Assembly: GCF_006345805.1 (NCBI RefSeq)
Contig: NC_043001.1
Location: 99,634,001 to 99,698,000, forward strand
Origin: Octopus sinensis
Taxonomy: Eukaryota
Direction: 5' to 3'
Length of the DNA stretch: 64,000 nucleotides
The position numbers and the translations under genes were made by a program. The notes under the pieces were generated by a model, which was not told the DNA's origin, ran no database searches, and was given only the letters and a program-made list of their open reading frames with translations. Below, piece after piece: positions 57,770 through 64,000 of this stretch (the first letter of the stretch is position 1; each line of letters begins with the position of its first letter).

Positions 57770-59563
57770 ATATTCTTTTTTTGCTTGTATGTTTCATTTC
57801 AAAGCTGCGGCCATGCTGATGCACTGCCGTTTTGTGCTACACTGTTATTACTAAGAGCCTCCTCTAATATGTGGCACTTGGTGAAGAATGGAGTTTGATA
57901 TAGCTACCCTCATTTGCACCTTTTTGCCGTGAGGTAGGTTCATCTGAGACTCTCGACAGGAAGATGTCCAGCTTTGATTTAAAAACTGCTACATCTACTT
58001 TGTGCAAGTTCCTCAGACTCTTTGAGAGAATATTAAAAAGCTGTGGGCCCTTGAAACCCAGGCTGTTGCAGTAGCTGGTCCTGAAGCGTGATGGCATTGC
58101 TGGGATCTTTGACACTATGCAGTGTCGTCCCTTTTTAGCATTGGTGTAGCTTACAATGCTAAAATTTGGCACAATTCCTTCCAGGATCTTCCAGACATAT
58201 ATTACTGCATACCTCTCCCATCTTCTCTCCAGGGTGTAGAGTCTTAGCTGTTTCAACCTTTCCCAGTAGCTGAGCTGTTGCAAAGAGACGATCTTCTCTG
58301 GATTGCTTCAATGTCCACTGTTAATTTCACACTGGTGGGTGGCCATAGCTGTGAGCAGTAATCCAGGCGGCTGAGGACGAATGTCTGCCAGAGGACCATC
58401 ATGGTTTCCTTATCTCTGGTTCTGAATGTTCTTAGGATCCATCCAGCCAGTCGTCTGCACTTTGTCACCATCCTGGTAATGTTCACTTGGAAAGCGGTAT
58501 CATCACTCATGTCGATACCCAGGTCCCTCACAGACTTAGGCTCTGGGATTGAAATTCCCTGTGGACCAGTGTATCCTGTAAGTTTAATATTTAGTTTTGG
58601 ATGCTGGTAGTGCAGGGCCTGTAATTTTCCAGCATTAAACAGCATATTATTATCCTCAGCCCATCTGTAGATTGAGTCCAACTCCTGCTGCAGGTGTGCA
58701 ACATCACTGGGATTCTGTATTTTTCTGCGAGACTTTCGTATCATCTGCATAGCTTGCCAGAGTGGCTATCCGGGCATTTAAGGGCATATTTGAGAGGCCC
58801 ACTATAAAAAGCAGTGGTCCCAAGACAGTGCTCTGTGGAACACCACTCACTATTTGTGTGTTCATATAGGTGGCTCCATTAACCACTACTGCCTGACTCC
58901 TATCTTTCAGGAAGTCATGTAACCACACTCCAAGTTTTCCAGCTATGCCGAAGTCATGCAGTTTGTGGCATATCATACCATGATCCACCTTGTCAAAGGC
59001 TTTTTCAAAATCAAGGTAGATTACATCCACATTTGATTTGTTAAGTAACTACCTCAACAACCAGTCATAATGTTGTAAGAGCTGGGTCAGGCAGCTCCTA
59101 CCTGGTCGAAAACCATGCTGGGTATCACTCAGCAAGTTATTTTCCTCAAGGAATGCGATTAGTTTCTTTCTGACTATCCGTTCCATGACTTTGCTGATGT
59201 GTGAAGTCAGAGAGATAGGCCTATAGTTTTTGGCATCTGCTCTACTTCCCCCTTTATGTATTGGGCATATTATTCCCTCCTTCAGCTTGTTTGGCAGTTT
59301 GCCATTTGTAAGAAAGCTCTGGAAGAGAATCTTGAGGGGTTTTGCCAGGGCATGCTTACGCACTTTGAGGAGGATTGCTGGGAAACCATCTGGACCAGCA
59401 GTTGAGTTTGTGTCCACTTTATCTATGGCTAGTAGGACATCTTCACTAATGTCAATACATTCTATTGTAACCGCCTCGCTGGTTATAGTTGAGGCGGCAA
59501 AGAAGTCCACTGGTTCATTCACTTTTCTGTGTTCCAACGGGGTGGTAAAGACACTTTTGAACT
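57770..59563 (-). mobile_element. CR1-group LINE, copy A (RT to 3' tail), degenerate
   Basis: [65 protein letters not shown]; several stops and shifts. Confidence 0.88.
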
Positions 59564-60442
59564 GCTCATGTCAATGCCCAGGTCACGCACTGATTTTGAC
59601 TCAGGGATTGCAATTCTTCCCGGGCCAGTGTATCCAGTCTGCATGTCGTTTACCTTTGTGTGCTGGTAGCGCAAGGCCTGGAACTTACCTGCATTAAATT
59701 GCATGTTGTTGTCCTCAGCCCACCTGTATATTGTATCCAACTCCTGTTGCAGATGTGCAATATTTCCAGGGTTTTGTATTGTGTGGGAGACTTTTGTGTC
59801 ATCTGCATAGTTAGCAAGGGTGGCCATCTTAGCAACTGAGGACATGTCTGAAAGGGCCACTATGAACAGCAATGGCCCGAAGACAATACCCTGTGGAACA
59901 CCGCTTGTTATTTGTGTTTCCTTGGAGGTGGCTCCATTGGTCACAACTGCCTGCCTTCTATCTTTTAGGAAGTTGTGCAGCCACTCTCCAAGTTTTCCGC
60001 CTATGCTGAGACCACGCAGTTTGTGACAAATCATACCGTGGTCGACTTTATCAAAGGCTTTTGTAAAGTCGAGATATATCACATCCACATTTGAGCCATT
60101 TAGTAGCTGTTTTAACACCCAGTCATAGTGTTGCAGGAGCTGTGTTAGGCAGCTTCTACCTGGTCGAAATCCATGCTGGGTATCAGTCAGCAAGTCATTT
60201 TCTTCAAGGAACATGATTAGTTACTTGCGGACTATTCGTTCCATGACTTTGCTGATGTGTGAGGTCAGAGAGATAGGCCTATAATTTTTAGCATCTGCTC
60301 TGCTTCCTCCCTTATGGATAGAGCATATTACCCCCTCTTTCAATTTGACTGGGAGCTTACCGCTTGCAAGAAAGCTCTGAAAAAGAAGCTGTAGTGGTTT
60401 TGCAAGGGCTTGTTTGCACGATTTGAGAAGGAACGCTGGAAA
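59564..60442 (-). mobile_element. CR1-group LINE, copy B (RT core only), fused to copy A
   Basis: [10 protein letters not shown]...[10 protein letters not shown]...YLDFTKAFDKVDHG...YADDTKV...RDLGIDMS, then a switch into copy A at a GCTCA microhomology. Confidence 0.85.
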
Positions 60443-60470
60443 TATATATATATATGTATATATGTATATG

Positions 60471-60502
<32 letters not shown>

Positions 60503-60861
60503 TATATATATGTATGTATATATATATATGTATATGTATGTATATATATATGTATGTATACATATATGTATGTATATATATGTATGTATACATATATGTA
60601 TGTATATATATGTATGTATGTATATGTATGTATACATATATGTATGTATATATATGTATGTATACATATATGTATGTATATATATATATGTATGCATATA
60701 TGTATACATATATGCATGTATATATATGTATATATATATATATGTATGCATATATGTATACATATATGCATGTATATATATGTATACATATATGTATATA
60801 TATGTGTATACATATATGTGTGTATGTATATATATATGTATACATATATGTATGTATATAC

Positions 60862-61275
60862 TCTTACTCTTTACTCTTTTACTTGTTTCAGTCATTTGAC
60901 TGCAGCCATGCTGGAGCACTACCTTTAGTTGAGCAAATCGACCCCGGGACTTATTCTTTGTAAGCCCAGTACTTATTCTATCAGTCTCTTTTGCCGAACC
61001 GCTAAGTGACGGGGATGTAAACACACCAGCGTCGGTTGTCAAGCAATGCTAGGGGGACAAACACAGACACACAAACACACACATACATACATATATTATA
61101 TATATATATACATATATACGACTGGCTTCTTTCAGTTTCCGTCTACCAAATCCACTCACAAGGCATTGGTCGGCCCGGGACTATAGCAGAAGACACTTGC
61201 CCAAGATGCCACACAGTGGGACTGAACTCGGAACCATGTGGTTGGTTAGCAAGCTACTTACCACACAGCCACTCC
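60862..61275 (-). mobile_element. tRNA-derived CORE-like SINE with LINE-related 3' tail
   Basis: A-box TGGCTGTGTGG, B-box GAGTTCAGTCC, CTTGGGCAAGTGTCTT core, internal microsatellite, tail GGTAGTGCTCCAGCATGGCTGCAGTCAAATGACTGAAACAAGTAAAAGAG. Confidence 0.8.
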
Positions 61276-61414
61276 ATATGTCTACATATATGTATGTGTA
61301 TATATATGTATACATGTATGTGTATATATATATGTATACATGTATGCATGTGTATATATATGTATACATGTATGTGTATATATATGTATACATGTATGCA
61401 TGTGTATATATATG

Positions 61415-62077
61415 CTGTCATCTGCCTGTTGGCTCCTCTCCTGCAACGCAGCTTGATTTCGAGCCAGGTCATCTGCTGCTGGAGAAGACCGACTAGGTAA
61501 AGGACCTGGGTATCTTCGTGGATCCTTTCTTTTCGCCTTCGGCCCAATACGTCCACGCTGCCAACAAAGCACGCGGAGTTCTGTTTTTGATTTGACGGTC
61601 ATTGGGAATGCTCTCAGCAGTCATATTCCTACCACTCTATGTCACGCTGGTGAGACCCATATTGGAGTACGGGATTCAAGCCCCTTCTCCTTATCTCCTC
61701 AAAGACATACATCATCTTGAAAGAGTCCAGAAGCTGGCTACACGCATGGTTCTTGGTCTCAAGCATTTGTCTTATGAGGAAAGGCTGAAGATTCTCGACC
61801 TTTATTCTCTTGAGAAACGCTGCCGCCGTGGTGATCTCGTTCTCACTCACAACATCATAAGCGGACAGTGTAACCACTCAAAAGAGCTGTTCTTTACTCC
61901 TGCTCCAGAGCGTGTTGGCTGCGGGGTCACTCCGAAAAGCTCTATCTATGACGATTTCATCTCAATTAAAGGAAAGGGGTTTTCTCTGTCCGGGTTGCGA
62001 ATCTGTGGAATAAGCTGCCAGATGAGATAGTGAAGATGCTGACGACTGCTCGGTTCAAAGTCTCTTTTGACCAGAAG
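61415..62077 (+). mobile_element. CR1 LINE 3' fragment (different family)
   Basis: KDLGIFVD, LYVTLVRPILEYG, LERVQKLATR, YEERLKILDLYSLEKR..RGDL, RVANLWNKLP. Confidence 0.85.
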
Positions 62078-62940
<863 letters not shown>

Positions 62941-62949
62941 ATATTATGA

Positions 62950-63338
62950 GTTGCCAGAGCAAAAAGCTGGCCTCCGTGCCGATGGCACATTAAGCACACC
63001 ATTCAAGTGTGATCGTTACTGCGTCGCCTTATCAGCACTTGTGCTGGTGGCATGTGAAATATTCAAGCGAGGTCATCGCCAGTGCCACTGGAGTGGCTCC
63101 TGTGCAGGTGGCAGATATAAAGCACCATTTTGGCATGTCCGTCGCCAATACCATGAAACTGGCCCTCGTGCTGGTGGCATGCAAAAGCACCCACTACACT
63201 CTTGGAGTGGTTGATGTTACGAAGGGCATCCAGCTGTAGAAACTCTGCCAGATCAGATTGGAGTCTGGTTTGCAAGACCTCAGTCAAATCGTCCAACCCA
63301 TGCTAGCATGGAAAGCGGACGTTGAATGATGATGATAA

Positions 63339-63340
<2 letters not shown>
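62950..63340 (+). mobile_element. RTE 3'-UTR element with modules and (GAT)n tail
   Basis: GTGGCATGCAAAAGCACCCACTACACTC...AAGGGCATCCAGCTGTAGAAAC...GTCCAACCCATGCTAGCATGG. Confidence 0.75.
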
Positions 63341-63382
<42 letters not shown>

Positions 63383-63555
63383 GTATATACGTATGTATAT
63401 TATATGTATGTATATATGTATGTATGTATGTATATGTATGTATGTAATATATGTATGTGTGTATGTATATTATATGTATATATATGTATATATATGCATG
63501 TATATATATGTATATCTATGTATATATATAAGTATATGTGTATATGTATGTATAT

Positions 63556-63593
<38 letters not shown>

Positions 63594-64000
63594 ATAGTAT
63601 ATATATGTATGTATATGTATGTTATGTATATATAATATATATATCAACAATTGAGGGTAAAATTAATTAATTAATCAATTTCACCAAGTGTTCAGTATGT
63701 AAAAGGACCATTTAAGGCGAATTCAAAATATTACGTTATATAATTAGGGCTTAGTAAAATAAATTACTTTGCCACATACTGAACTTAGTAGAAATAGCAG
63801 CCAAAAAAAATTTTTCTTAGCATTTCTACTACTTAAAGAAAATTTCTCTCAGATAATGTTTACTCTAGACAGCTCACGAAGGTTTGGGGGTAAATACAGA
63901 AAAATATCACAAGTACATAGATCGTTTGAGTACGTCAACGTTTCAAGATTAGCCAAATAAAATCAGCATTTCTTTCGTGGGTGGAATGGGGAGTGCAGAA

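Larger units (their letters stand above)
52100..57770. repeat. Compound (TA)n/(TG)n/(TATG)n microsatellite field interleaved with short repeat relics
   Basis: Directly visible; source of all the Y/I/H/M/C-rich ORFs. Confidence 0.95.

Overview
AT-rich animal genomic DNA; the LINE/SINE families and dense (TA)n/(CA)n/(GA)n tracts are most consistent with an octopus-type cephalopod (inference from recalled repeat families, not searched). There is one host gene, missed by the ORF track: a 5-coding-exon ropporin-1-like / radial spoke protein 11 gene on + (2211-21600, 678 nt, 225 aa, all GT-AG junctions in phase). Its first intron in the window holds a mariner relic and a 3.85-kb array of about 69 hairpin-containing 56-bp units. 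Its last intron holds an RTE-derived insertion with a twin-priming-type inversion and a 7-bp TSD. The rest is transposon-derived. The centrepiece is a young Mag-like Ty3/Gypsy element (29999-36902, -, LTRs differing by 2 substitutions and a microsatellite slip). An apparently intact autonomous Buster-family hAT (31288-33662, +, perfect 8-bp TSD, 589-aa ORF) sits inside its integrase. Around these are a CR1-group LINE, an IR/DR Tc1, many RTE LINE copies, a non-autonomous Helitron, Penelope-like relics with fold-back palindromes, tRNA-derived SINEs, and a head-to-tail fusion of two LINE subfamilies. No prokaryotic features, CRISPR arrays or rRNA/tRNA genes were seen.
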